A stretch of 63,454 nucleotides of DNA, the filler included, from Octopus bimaculoides (taxonomy: Eukaryota): NCBI RefSeq assembly GCF_001194135.2. It is 9 parts of 8 records of this genome, joined end to end, with 100 filler letters (N's around TTAATTAATTAA, not from the genome) between each part and the next. Parts side by side here need not be neighbours in the genome. Positions count along the whole stretch, not along the records: positions 1 to 11,690 come from NC_068982.1; 8 more parts are not named here. One strand, written 5' to 3'. The notes beneath the pieces are model-generated. The model made no database searches and had not been told where the DNA came from. It saw only the letters and a program-made list of their open reading frames with translations. Position numbers and translations under genes: made by a program. Shown in pieces: positions 1 through 11,690 of this stretch. Every line of letters begins with the position of its first letter. Position 1 is the stretch's first letter.

Positions 1-205
1 TCCCACTACTGAGGCGCTGCCCGACGGTATGGGCTTGCTTCTCCACGTGCCGAGCAGCAAACCCACCGACTTATCCCGGTTGATTTTCGCTCCCGTCACC
101 GCTTCGTAGTCTTTCAGCATCTCGCTGACAAGCTCGATGTGCTCGTGGCTAGACGCTATGACGGTGACGTCGTCCGCGTATGCCGACACGCTCGTCCCGC
201 ACCCC

Positions 206-207
<2 letters not shown>
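1..207 (-). mobile_element. Tx1/L1-clade non-LTR retrotransposon, reverse transcriptase fragment
   Basis: Manual minus-strand translation gives LGCGTSVSAYADDVTVIASSHEHIELVSEMLKDYEAVTGAKINRDKSVGLLLGTW. It has the YADD catalytic motif followed by the GAKINxxKS motif typical of L1/Tx1 RTs. Confidence 0.85.

Positions 208-274
<67 letters not shown>
206..274 (+). repeat. (GATA)n microsatellite
   Basis: Direct tandem GATA run. Confidence 0.95.
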
Positions 275-275
<1 letters not shown>

Positions 276-331
276 GCAGGCAGGCAGACAGACAGAAGGC
301 AGTCACACAGATTGATGAAAATTTTTCCTAC

Positions 332-492
332 CGTTTGTTGTCCCTGTTGTTGTCTCTGCTGTTGTTGTCTCTGTTGTTGTTGTCTCTGTTGCAGTTGTCA
401 GCTTCTTGCTAGGTGTTTTGATAGTAGAAGATTTGATAGTAGAAGGTTTGATAGTAGAAGTTTTGGTAGTAGAAGTTTCGGTAGTAGAAGGT
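332..492 (-). CDS. GH18 chitinase-family gene, Ser/Thr-rich linker exon (6th visible exon)
   Basis: Acceptor ttcttttttccaccatAG at 494-493 and donor GTagga at 331. The exon is 161 nt (1+159+1), which matches the phase-2 donor at 2189. It encodes (I)PSTTETSTTKTSTIKPSTIKSSTIKTPSKKLTTATETTTTETTTAETTTGTTN, a mucin-like linker as found in animal chitinases. Confidence 0.8.
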
Positions 493-1965
493 CTATGGTG
501 GAAAAAAGAAGGAGAGTTAAATATACATTATTCATATCTTGCATAAAAAAGTAAAGTAATCTACACTGTCAGTATATCGAAGATCAATGCTGAAGGACAA
601 AAGTTAGGTATTCCTGAAGGAGAACAGTTGATTCATGCCTGGGTGCTTTGTAGTTGTTTATAAGTCTGTGCAATTAGTGTACAAAACAAGCACAGAATGA
701 AGGACTTAAAAAACTGATCACATGGTCGAAATAATAAAGCGATTTTAATGGCGAAACTTCGAAATAAACAGGTATTACTTATATACACGCGTGCGCACAC
801 AGACACACACACACACACACACACACACACCTTCAAATGGATAAAGCACAGATATTTAAAAAGTTATGAAAGTCCATCGACTTTTGTTCCACAGAGAAAT
901 TACTCATTATTCACTATATTTTTCCGACTCAAATAAACTGAACAGATAAATTTAGATCCCAAATTCTTCCTAGAGAATTTGAGAGAGAACTTCAAATATG
1001 GTATGACAGAAATAAGTGACAATCTAAACCACTTTCCAACCCGCTGATGTACATGGTCGATCAAAGAAGCGACCGAACGAGTCCCTGTTCATATATGATT
1101 GTTATGCATGCTATTTTATGAAACATAAAATATGACATAAAACATGACAAATTTCTGTAAAGAAGTTATATTGAACATTTTTTATGCTTTTGGAGTTCAG
1201 CGTGAATAACTTGTAGAAAAGTTTAGTGGATTGATTTGCTGTGAAAATTGAAAACACTTGGCATTTCAAGCACTTGCCCTTCGTCTGAGAGATAATATAG
1301 AAATATTTGTTGTTTCAGTTGCAAAATGATGGATGAAGAATGGGATATAATGATGCAGTGATGTGGGGAGTAAAGAGACAGCGGGACAAACCAATGAGAG
1401 GTGGCGTGAGCTATGTGTTAGGTGAATGCTGGGAGTGCAATAAAAGACAAAAAGTAGGGGTGATAGTGGAGGGGCGAAGTCAGTTGATAACGAAAGAAAT
1501 AAGTGGTATCGAACGTAAAGTAGAAGAAAGTACAAAAAGAGCTTATATGTGAACAAATGGATAAAATGATACGCAGTAACACACGCAAACATGTAGGGAA
1601 GTAGGAAGAGAAAGGATGTAGTAGAGGGACCTGGTTAACAATTAAGTTTAGTAAGGAGTGGGTAAAACTTAATAGTGTAGGTCAATTGGCCTGACAGAAT
1701 TGTAGTCTGTAACAGGAGGTGAACAAGTGAGGAGGTGGGTTAATATTTAAATGCGATTCATATAATTACACCACACACGTGTCATGCGTAGTAAGAACAC
1801 GCTACACATAGTAAGTACAGTTACATGCCACTCAGAGTACGCTTCTATAGATAATTTTTTACTGTTGCAGAGCACCACTAGTTTTCTGAGGTTTACCGTA
1901 TCACATAGCTGATGGTCAAGTATAAAACCGATGGTTAACTATACGGTCAATGGTCAACTATCAAG

Positions 1966-2103
1966 CCAATGGTCAAATATAATCTCCGTGCTCGTGTACC
2001 AATGGTCAAATATAATCTCCGTGCTCGTGTACCAATGGTCAAATATAATCTCCGTGCTCGTGTACCAATGGTCAAATATAATCTCCGTGCTCGTGTACCA
2101 ATG
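1966..2103 (+). repeat. 33-bp tandem repeat, 4 identical copies plus a partial copy (intronic)
   Basis: Unit CCAATGGTCAAATATAATCTCCGTGCTCGTGTA starts at 1966, 1999, 2032 and 2065, with a partial copy at 2098. Confidence 0.95.
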
Positions 2104-2189
2104 AGAAGGTAATACACAGAAATATGTTAGAAAATGTAAATAAACAATAAACTCTCGATACAGATAATGACTCTTACTTCGATACTTAC

Positions 2190-2335
2190 ATTATTTGAGG
2201 TTCTCCTTTGGCTGCACGAATAACTGTCTTCATTAAAATATACGATTCATTGCCAGGACAAGTACCAATGAAGTCATCTAGGTCCATGGCCCAGACAAAA
2301 ATGCCACTGAAGTTAGATTGCTTTGCCCACTCCAC
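2190..2335 (-). CDS. GH18 chitinase-family gene, last catalytic-domain exon
   Basis: Acceptor cttgtAG. Encodes VEWAKQSNFSGIFVWAMDLDDFIGTCPGNESYILMKTVIRAAKGEPQI, containing the GH18 C-terminal WxxDxDDF motif. Ends at donor GTAAGT (2189), or at TAA 2188-2186 if unspliced. Confidence 0.92.
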
Positions 2336-3168
2336 CTACAAGTGTATGTAAACATGCAGGAGGTAAAGATATTTCAACAATGAGTCATGAGTTAATTGAA
2401 TTAATGTAGCTAGCTATCTGATCTCAAAACCTTTGTCTATCAAAGAGACAGAATGCTGACAAGACAAAATATCGACAGTCAAAATATCGAATAATTTTCT
2501 GTGCGTGTGTGTGTGTTTTCTACTGCAGAGTTGGGCCGGCCAAAGTCGCAAATTGTGATAAATTGTTTTGATAAATCCTCTCTTGAATTCTGTCATTTTA
2601 GAACAGATTCAGAGATAGATGAATAAAAGCCTATTATATTAAATTGGATAAATCTGTTGGGTTATTTGTTTTCAATAGTACATTTAGACACCATAGTAAT
2701 ATGCTACTTTTATATCTTGACGATTCCAACTTTGTCAAAAATGGTGCGGCTTCTTGTTCATTGTCTCTATAAAGGAGCTTTATTATCCCTTGTATTTATC
2801 TATACGTCTCAGCTTAGTTCTTTACACAAAAACAAAAACGATGCTCTTGGTGCAATTTGCAGCAAAACAGAAATGGAGTATCTATGTGCTACACACATAG
2901 TAAAATCAGTGGAAATATGCAGCAATCAAAATTTTTTTGTCAGCATTTAGGAAAGGCAAACATTAGGTCAATGTCAAAATTTGATCAAAATCTAAATTTT
3001 AAATAACCTAAATGAGCGGAGAACACGAACATGTCTATCAAATAAAATTGGAATCACGCTTGAAACGATGAGGAAACAAACATTAATACAATGTCCCATT
3101 AACTTACCTTCTGCACTAACCCGACATGATTTAAATAAATAAAGTGTTTAAGTCGCATGTGTACTTAC

Positions 3169-3288
3169 CTTCATGTAAAGACTTTCTGGGTCATCATATC
3201 CAACCCACTGGTTACCTAAAACCAAATAGGGTACCTTTTCATCTGACAATCTTTTTATTGTAGCACCACGTTGAATCATTTGGCAAAT
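3169..3288 (-). CDS. GH18 chitinase-family gene exon
   Basis: ctttacAG ... AAG|GTAAGT, 120 nt, phase 0/0. Encodes ICQMIQRGATIKRLSDEKVPYLVLGNQWVGYDDPESLYMK (VPY...WVGYDD motif). Confidence 0.95.
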
Positions 3289-4154
3289 CTGTAAAGATGA
3301 AAACAGATGACATTTTTTTAACATGATCAACGATATATGGGGAGAATATTTTTACATGCTTCTATATTAAGCAGTTATACCACAATCATGATTATAAACA
3401 TCACGACTTCCACCACAAACACTACTACTATTTTCGAAAATTGTTACAATAAGAATCACCAACGTTACAATAGCTTTTATCACTAACATTCCCAGTATTA
3501 GCAGAAGGAATGATTCTTCTTCAAACAAATCGAAATATTGGTAAGTGAACTGAAGTTCAAACAGTAATACCACATTAAAGTGACAATAAGACAAGTCAAT
3601 GTCCTGTAATGTGTTGGAAGAGCCTTAATATTTAATAGGTAATTTATAGTGACACTGATGACTTTTAATAAGAGAAACATTTCTGTATAGTTGCCGCCTC
3701 ATTGATAAAGATCGGTCTCACCATCTATATTTGATTAATTTTAATCAAATAAAATTTTGGCTTGTCTTCCCTACCTTTTTATACCAGAATTATTATTCTC
3801 ACCATTAACATAGTCATTCTAATTCATTAAAATTTATTGTCTTTCTATGTATGAGTAGGGTCCATTTTATTATGAACATATTTTATCCATCAGACAAGGC
3901 GGAGAAAAATAGAATTTAGAGAATAAATAATTGAATTAACTGGTATCTTAAAATTAACAAAGCTCTTAGTATTTAATTAACATTAACAAAGTGAGGTCCA
4001 TTTAATCAACTATACACTCCCACTAAATATATCATGTCGTCTGAATATTAGAAATAAATAATTATTATAGTTGGTTTCCTTTCAAGTAACAGTAACAACA
4101 TGCATAGCAACAAATAATCTGGGAAAAAAAGCAATAAATGGAAAGGTTGTTTAC

Positions 4155-4340
4155 CTCATAATAGGCCAAAAATCCCGCTTCGCCTGTGAACTCTCCGGCT
4201 GTCCCTTTACCAGTGACTGGAGCATTCGTCCCATTTTTGTTTGGATCCGCTAATGTAAAGCTTCGGCCATAAAATGGCAATCCAAGATTAAGTTTACTCA
4301 CTGGAGCACCTTGTTCTCTCCAATAGCGCATGGTCCATTC
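4155..4340 (-). CDS. GH18 chitinase-family gene exon (chitinase insertion domain region)
   Basis: tttgaAG ... GAG|GTAAAC, 186 nt, phase 0/0. Encodes EWTMRYWREQGAPVSKLNLGLPFYGRSFTLADPNKNGTNAPVTGKGTAGEFTGEAGFLAYYE. Confidence 0.95.
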
Positions 4341-4789
4341 CTTCAAATAAATTTATAATACATATAAGAGCCAGTGAGAGAGACTCTTATGTGATTACTT
4401 AACCTGTTAAGGAATGCTAACCAAATCTACCTTTAATCATATCGTATTGAAAACATTTCATAGGATAATGTAGTCGTTGATACATTATGTTTGAAAATGT
4501 GCCACGATGGTCAAATCTGGAATATCTATGATCAAGTATCTGGTAACTTAGAGTTGAGCTGTGGTTGGACAACAATAACAATAATTTATAAGACAAAGAT
4601 ATCTCTGAGAAGATCTAAAACTTAGAGATTTAGAAGTATAAAGTGAAGTGCAATGTCATGATGTTTATGGTGCTCTTAGAAATATAAAATGAAACAATTA
4701 ATATAAATACATATATTTAAACAATGATTTACCCAGACTGCATATATAACTCCTCTCAGCTTACAAATACCTCTGTGCATCTTAGTGAA

Positions 4790-4985
4790 AGTGAGTGGCC
4801 TAATGGCTAGAGTGCTCAGCTCACGATCGTAAGGTAGTAGGTTTGATAAGCGGACCGGACAATGAATTGTGTCTCTGAGCAAAACTCTCCACTTTACTCT
4901 AAATCCATTCAGCTGAAAACGAACACTAGAGGTAGATGAAGGTCAACTCTGCAATGTACTAGAGACCCGTTCAGAGAGAAATTTC
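4790..4985 (+). mobile_element. Diverged tRNA-head SINE (same family as 11557 and 61265)
   Basis: Degenerate head GTGGCCTAATGGCTAGAGTG...GGTTTGATAAGC followed by the CTGAGCAAAAC...TCCATTCAGCTG core. Confidence 0.55.
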
Positions 4986-5979
4986 TCAACACCTCGGAAA
5001 AGAAGATAAACTTTAGCCAAATTAGCCTGAGGGCTCCAGAGAGACTTTGATACGTATTGTAGTTAATAAATAACTCACTCTTCATTCACTCAACTCATAT
5101 ACGTATTATTTTTTATTGTCTTTTCCTCTTCGCACAATTATTTCTAGTTTGCTTTTTTAACGATTCCTGCATAAAATATACTAACACTAACTTACCTCTG
5201 ACGGGTGGCATCTCTGAGTAATATATTTTGGAAATAATTTTAGTTTTGTACACCAACCAGTGTATAGATTTATACATTTATTTCCATCACTACATTGGCA
5301 AGTCTAAGCTTCAACGATGACATTATAAAAGCACAGAAATATATCTGAAGTTCTCTTTTTTACTTGCCGAAATGATTAACAAGATGACTTTTGAGCAAAG
5401 CCCTACTTAATAACTACTCAATGACTAGCATTAATGTTTTTTTTTTCATCTTATAATTATTTCTAGTTAGATGCTCAAAGAAGCTTGTTTTAAACATGTT
5501 AACAGCTGCACATACTTCACACTTTTATAGTCTTAGTATTTTCTACATACCGTCTATGGAATATTCTGTATATTTCAAATAATGAAAGTATCAAGAACAA
5601 AAGTAAATAGAGCTCTGGCTGGGACCCAGTAAATTCAGTGAAATCAGCAATGACTTCGGACAAATCTATCAGGCTTCACTGAAATATCTTTCTCTATCAT
5701 TAGCATTTATATGCACCTATCCAATAGGTCACTAATTTAGTAGACTACTTATATATAATTACTAGAGAGTCACGAAGACTGTGGTAAAGTTTCACATGGC
5801 ACGTATTCGTTCAGACAGGTTTAACAGCAAACAATAGAACAAAACTAGGAAAGAAAAACGATAAATAACGAAGAAATGAAGATGGTGACCATAACAAAAA
5901 CAACAACACAAAAGCAATGACAATCTCAATAACAACAACAATACCATCAAGAATAACATCCGCAAAACGAACAACTTAC

Positions 5980-6103
5980 CACATTAAAATTTGCGCTCTT
6001 ACTACTGTCGTTAGAAGATGCTCTAAAGGGACTGATATGTCCTGTCTTGTTCTCCCAGGCACCATGATAATCATAAGTCATCACATTGAAAAAGTCGACA
6101 TAT
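5980..6103 (-). CDS. GH18 chitinase-family gene exon
   Basis: ttccaAG ... GTG|GTAAGT, 124 nt, phase 2/0. Encodes YVDFFNVMTYDYHGAWENKTGHISPFRASSNDSSKSANFNV (conserved MTYDxHGxW motif). Confidence 0.95.
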
Positions 6104-6298
6104 CTTGGAAACAAAAGACAGAGAAACACTAAGATAGAGAATGTGTAAACGGTTAGGATGATCCCTCTTAACTTTAGCTTAAGAAGTGGTTAGTAGTTAT
6201 ACAAATGTATGAGTAAAGATTTTGTGAAGAAGTAGTATAGATGTAAAGTGGACTACAAAAGACTGATTCTAAGACAAAATTAAGATTCGGGTAGGCAA

Positions 6299-6530
6299 AG
6301 GCGGCGAGCAGGCAGAATTGTTAGCACACTGGACAAAATATTCAGCGGTATTTCGTCCGTCTTTGTGTTTTGAGTTCAAATTCCGCCGAGGAAACTTTAT
6401 CTTTCATCCTTTTGGGATCGATGAAATAAGTACCAGTTGAGCATAGGAATCGATGAACTCCACAAGAACCCCACACACCAAAGTTTCAAGCCTTATGGCA
6501 ATAGCAGAAAGGTTTTTATTAATAACTAGG
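6299..6530 (+). mobile_element. SINE family A copy
   Basis: GGCGAGCAGGCAGAATTGTTAGCAC...GAGTTCAAATTCCGCCGAGG...TTTCATCCTTT core that recurs at 27.6k, 28.1k, 32.3k, 43.6k, 52.1k and 57.0k. Confidence 0.75.
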
Positions 6531-7530
6531 TAGTCAAAGATATCGTTTTCAACATAGCGAAAGACAAGTCTTGGTTATCTCATGGGTAAAGCATTTGTTA
6601 TATTTCTCAAACAAAGCAGCTGAGTTGTTTCCTTTGTTTTCTCCAAACAGATTTTAAGTCTCAGATAGTTAAGTAAATCATTTGAAACTGTTACTCTAAG
6701 CAAATCAACCTGAAATACACAGTGTCCAATACAAAAACAAATCATTAGGCTCATATCATATTTTGAACTTACAACACATGGTCCAGTAGCTAGACATTAA
6801 ATATTCAACTATTTTGCCCTTTCGATTTTTTACTGCTCCAGTCAGTTTTTTCTGTGCAAACCTCTGATTAAAAATATTCAAACTGGGAGAATATTTTTTT
6901 GGATAACAGGGAATATATTGTCCAGTTTTTCCGTCTTTATAGCAGTGTGAGATTTTAAGGCTTTTATTTTTAACAAATCGAGCCATTTATTGTAAACATT
7001 TTCTCGTTGCCTTTCTTGTACTATCATTGGTCTTTGGAAGATGTAAGTTCTGTTTTCTGCGAAACTGTATAATGCAACAACACATATATATTGTATGGTG
7101 GAATCTACCTTTAGAATAGTCAAACTTACCATTAGTAGGCGGTGAACAAACACTTTAGGGAGTATTAAAAATAATGACGTATATTCGGCACGTATTTGAA
7201 TAAGGCCTGTTGTGAGAAAAACTACTTTCCTCTAAAGCAGAACCAACGTACACTTCTAAGAGCAAATGAGGGATGCTTTACATAATCACTCGACATAAAT
7301 ATAAATAGCTGCCAAATATCTCATAAATAGCACATTATCTTTCTTAAAAAAGCCGACATAGCCTTAGGTACACATCGCCTGGAAGATTGTCGTAATGTCC
7401 ACACCTAGAACATCTCCCATTGTCAACTGTCGATCTAGGGGCTCAGCTAAGACTAAGACTAAAAAATAGCAACAGCTTACATGTGTACAAGTTGTGTATA
7501 ATTAGATATGTGTAATGTTTATATACATAC

Positions 7531-7655
7531 AGGTGTAAAGATTTGATATCATATCCAGCGTCTATTTGAATCTTTCCAGCAGGAACTGCGGCAGTGAGCA
7601 ACAAGCGTGGCTTACCAGTACGGTTCGATTCCCTTTCGAAAGCTTGCTGACATTC
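7531..7655 (-). CDS. GH18 chitinase-family gene, most 5' exon visible
   Basis: ttccgatAG ... CT|GTATGT, 125 nt, phase 0/2. Encodes ECQQAFERESNRTGKPRLLLTAAVPAGKIQIDAGYDIKSLH, the segment that directly follows the DxDxE motif in GH18 proteins. Confidence 0.93.
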
Positions 7656-8239
7656 CTATCGGAAAATGCCAAATAAAGTTTAAGAATTAGCATATATTAA
7701 TAAGCAACATATATATATATATATATATATANNNNNNNNNNNNNNNNNNNNNNNNNNNNNNNNNNNNNNNNNNNNNNNNNNNNNNNNNNNNNNNNNNNNN
7801 NNNNNNNNNNNNNNNNNNNNNNNNNNNNNNNNNNNNNNNNNNNNNNNNNNNNNNNNNNNNNNNNNNTAGTAGCGGCCATAATATAAGGTTCAGTAAGAAC
7901 AAGTGTATTGAAATATTTATTATAGCAGATTAACAAAACATTGAGACTAGATGTTTAACACATATTTGGATATATCAAATATCTATCTTTCATGAAAATT
8001 TCAAGTGAATGGAATAAATATTTCGTAAGTTATGAGGAAATAAACAAATAATCTTCCACACGACGACGGCCAAAAGTTAAGGGTCACTTAGAAAAACAAT
8101 GAAAAATGGAACAAGAACAAAAAAGAAACCCTTACTATTAATATTTTGTGAACATCCCGTTACTATTATTGATCTCCTGACATCTGTTACCACAGGACTA
8201 AATTAATTTCTTGGAAAATGATGAAATAATATTGTTTTA

Positions 8240-8900
8240 TTCGTTTTTCAATAATTCCCAGAGTTCATCTTGGTTCTTTCGATTTCTCCTTCGCGCCCCA
8301 TCTCCAATAATCTTCCAAACATTTTCTATAGGGTTGAGATTGGAACTTTGAGGTGGCCAGTCCATGAGATCAACCCCTTCATCACTCAAAAAATCTTTGA
8401 CTCTCTTCGTGGTGTGACAGGGAGCGTTTCCTGCACGAAGATAGGAGCTTGAATTGACGCAGATCGGAGATATGGAAGGGCATGCAGTCTAAGAATTTAC
8501 TTGTAGACTTCAGCCTTGACACTCCCTTGTAGGCGAATAAGTGGACCAGGACCAGCAGCAGAGATCACTCCCCATACCATTACACTCCCTCATCCATGTT
8601 TCACTGTTTTCTTCACACATGCACGAGGTAACCTTTCGCCACTTCTTCGTCGGCGTACATCCCGCCATCGGAACCAATCACATTAAACTTTGATTCATCG
8701 CTAAAATGAACCTGCGACCATTGTTCTTCTGTCCAAATGACATGTTCGTAAGCGAAACGAAGACGGCCTCTTCTTGGTGATCAGAGGTTTCTTTGATGGA
8801 GCCCGAGCAAGCAACCCAGAACCTCGTAACCTCCGAGAAACTGTTTTCCGCGATACGTGGACATCGGAAGTGGAGCTAAACTCGCGGGATAAATGGTTGA
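8240..8900 (-). mobile_element. Tc1-family transposase remnant (frameshifted)
   Basis: Pieces read across frames: VSRKTVSRRLRGSGLLARAPSKKPLI, SDESKFN, GSVMVWGVISAAGPGPL, a frameshifted QxNAPCH, and DWPPQSSNLNPIENVW. Confidence 0.85.
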
Positions 8901-9250
8901 ATGGTTGAATGACCAAGTCCAAGTTCTCTGCTAGTTACGATGTAATTTTGTTCCACCAGGATTTGCAGGACGTCCTCGTCGAGGTCTACAGATCTTCCAG
9001 GATGAGGTCCGTCTTCTAGGCTGTAGTTTCCGGCTCGGTTTACGCTTGGTTACACTTATTCTCCAATCCCCATATACTGCATTAATATTCCTCGCACTCT
9101 CCGTTGCGTTGTTGCCTTTATTGAACTCATAGAGCAAAATATTCCGAATATGTTCCTTTGCTACTTCCATTATAGCTTTGATAAAATAACTGTTAAAATC
9201 GAACTGCACTCTTCAAAACTTGTACTAAGAATAAGTACAAGGTAAAATTA
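8895..9250 (-). mobile_element. Mariner transposase 5' fragment (N-terminal HTH region)
   Basis: MEVAKEHIRNILLYEFNKGNNATESARNINAVYGD, then after a frameshift GNYSLEDGPHPGRSVDLDEDVLQILVEQN...ELGLGHSTI. Confidence 0.85.
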
Positions 9251-9936
9251 CTACCTACTTTTATAGCAAATTGATGCAGGTGGTAAATTAATTGCATCAA
9301 GTAGATGCAGGTAATAAACTACCGCCCACCTCCGACTTTTAGTTCCTGAAATTGAGAAAACCGCATTATTTAAGTGATGACCCAACAAGTGTGTGTGTGT
9401 GTGTGTGTGTGAGTATAACCAGTCGCGATGCTTGATCGTTAAATCCACAAGTCTTTTTTTATTCTCTCTCTGTTTATTTTTNNNNNNNNNNNNNNNNNNN
9501 NNNNNNNNNNNNNNNNNNNNNNNNNNNNNNNNNNNNNNNNNNNNNNNNNNNNNNNNNNNNNNNNNNNNNNNNNNNNNNNNNNNNNNNNNNNNNNNNNNNN
9601 NNNNNNNNNNNNNNNNNNNNNNNNNNNNNNNNNNNNNNNNNNNNNNNNNNNNNNNNNNNNNNNNNNNNNNNNNNNNNNNNNNNNNNNNNNNNNNNNNNNN
9701 NNNNNNNNNNNNNNNNNNNNNNNNNNNNNNNNNNNNNNNNNNNNNNNNNNNNNNNNNNNNNNNNNNNNNNNNNNNNNNNNNNNNNNNNNNNNNNNNNNNN
9801 NNNNNNNNNNNNNNNNNNNNNNNNNNNNNNNNNNNNNNNNNNNNNNNNNNNNNNNNNNNNNNNTACATATGTATGTATACACATATACATATGCATACAT
9901 ACACACACACATATATATACATACATACATATATAA

Positions 9937-9989
<53 letters not shown>

Positions 9990-10590
9990 GACACACCCAG
10001 TTACTAAGGTTTTAAATACTGGAGTTTAATTCTTTGATTTTTATATGTTTAAAGCAAACGATTAAATCTAATAACCCCCAAAATAGCTAAAGCTATTAAC
10101 ACATCCTCTTCCTACCTAAAAAAGAAAAAGGACGCAGCTAACAACACACCCTTGCTTACAATGGTCTACATACAGTAAACTTAACCCCAAACTTAATCAA
10201 TCAAAATTTCTCCTAAATATATCTTGATAACAATCCACCCTAAAACCTAATTACCACTCCACTCAAGTCCGTACACCCAAAGATTTTAATTCAACAGTGA
10301 CTATATAAAGCCAAGTTTAACTTCAATGCATTGCAATCCAACGATGGCTTAATTGGCTGAAACTTCGATGTCACTGTCAATAATATTCTTGTTTAAGAAT
10401 TAAAAATTGTGTGTGTGCGCGTGTCTATAGCAAAGGATAACCAATTGGTGTTTAATTTTGTTATATTTATATATCGTTCACACACAAATACACGTGTGCA
10501 TGCACATATATGTGTATATTTGTACGTGTATGTGTGTATGTGTGCATGCATATATATGTGTGTATTTGTATGTATGTTTGTATGTGTTTG

Positions 10591-10630
<40 letters not shown>

Positions 10631-11438
10631 TGTACGTGTGTGTACGTGTACGTGTGTGTACGGGTACGTGTGTGTACGTGGACGTGTGTTATATTATACG
10701 ACATTATATTTGTTAAAGTGCATCAGTAAAATCCACAGAATGGGCGGCAAGTTAATGGTGAAACTTGTCTATGGGCCAGGTTCAATCCCCGCAGACGTAG
10801 CTACATAGCTCAGACCAGTAAACCTATGATGAAGTTATGGTTTTGTTACAGTTAACCAGATCACACATTTTAGCAAGTGTTTTTCTAAATCAGTCTATGT
10901 ATGACAATATGCAAATTCATATTCAGATATGGTAGTTTGGCAGATATTCGACATGAAATACCTTCTATTTTATTTTCCTGCTCCCACATTCTGAGTTTGA
11001 TTCCAAGCCGAGTCTATTTTTTTCAGGTTTATTTTCTCAGTGTCAATAAAATAATTACAGCTCAGTATATATAGGACCTTATGTTGAAGAACCCATCACT
11101 TTTAAACACTTTCTCCTTTCCATCTATTTTAGAAAGGGAGAGAGTGATGGAGTGAGTAAAACCGAAATGATTGGGAGATTAACGGACTGCTTGAACTACA
11201 TACATTTCGTGAGTTTAAATCCACACTGGTAGGCTACTATTGTTTCTAGAAAGAATGCCTTATTCTATAGCAATCTGTGTATCGTACTTAAAGTATATAC
11301 ATCGTTGAAAGTCTGATAAACTGCAATATTCGCCTCGAGAAAAAGACCCTTATAGAGGTATAGTGTTAAAAAGCACAGAAATATAGTCGATTGCAACCAA
11401 AACACTATATATATGTATGTGTGTGTGTGTGTGTATAC

Positions 11439-11555
<117 letters not shown>

Positions 11556-11556
11556 G

Positions 11557-11690
11557 AAGGAGCATGGCTCAGTGGTTAGGGCGTCGAGCTTACGATCACG
11601 AGGTTGTGAGTTCGAATCCCGAACCGGGCTGCGTGTTGTGTTCTTGAGCAAGACATTTTATTTCACGTTGCTCCAATTCACTCAGCTGTA
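11557..11690 (+). mobile_element. tRNA-derived SINE (family B) head
   Basis: Pol III A-box TGGCTCAGTGG (11565-11575) and B-box GTTCGAATCC (11610-11619), followed by non-tRNA core GTGTTGTGTTCTTGAGCAAGACA. Confidence 0.8.

Noticed and set aside
312-554. Cys-rich plus-strand ORF (CCPCCCLCCC...RRFDS repeats) resembling a metallothionein or keratin-associated protein
   Set aside because: It is the antisense reading of the Thr-rich chitinase linker exon, which has splice sites and phase compatibility on the minus strand.
1966-2103. 33-bp repeats as a CRISPR array or a coding repeat
   Set aside because: The units are directly adjacent with no spacers and there are no cas genes. The open minus-strand frames stop right after the array.
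9251-10808. Long His/Thr- or Cys/Val-rich ORFs (also at 11.3k, 17.7k, 19.0k, 23.2k, 26.0k, 35.0k)
   Set aside because: These are translations of (CA)n, (TA)n and (TATG)n microsatellites, or ORFs that span N gaps.
11557-11630. A functional tRNA gene
   Set aside because: A and B boxes are present, but acceptor and anticodon stems pair poorly and the sequence continues into a multi-copy SINE core.
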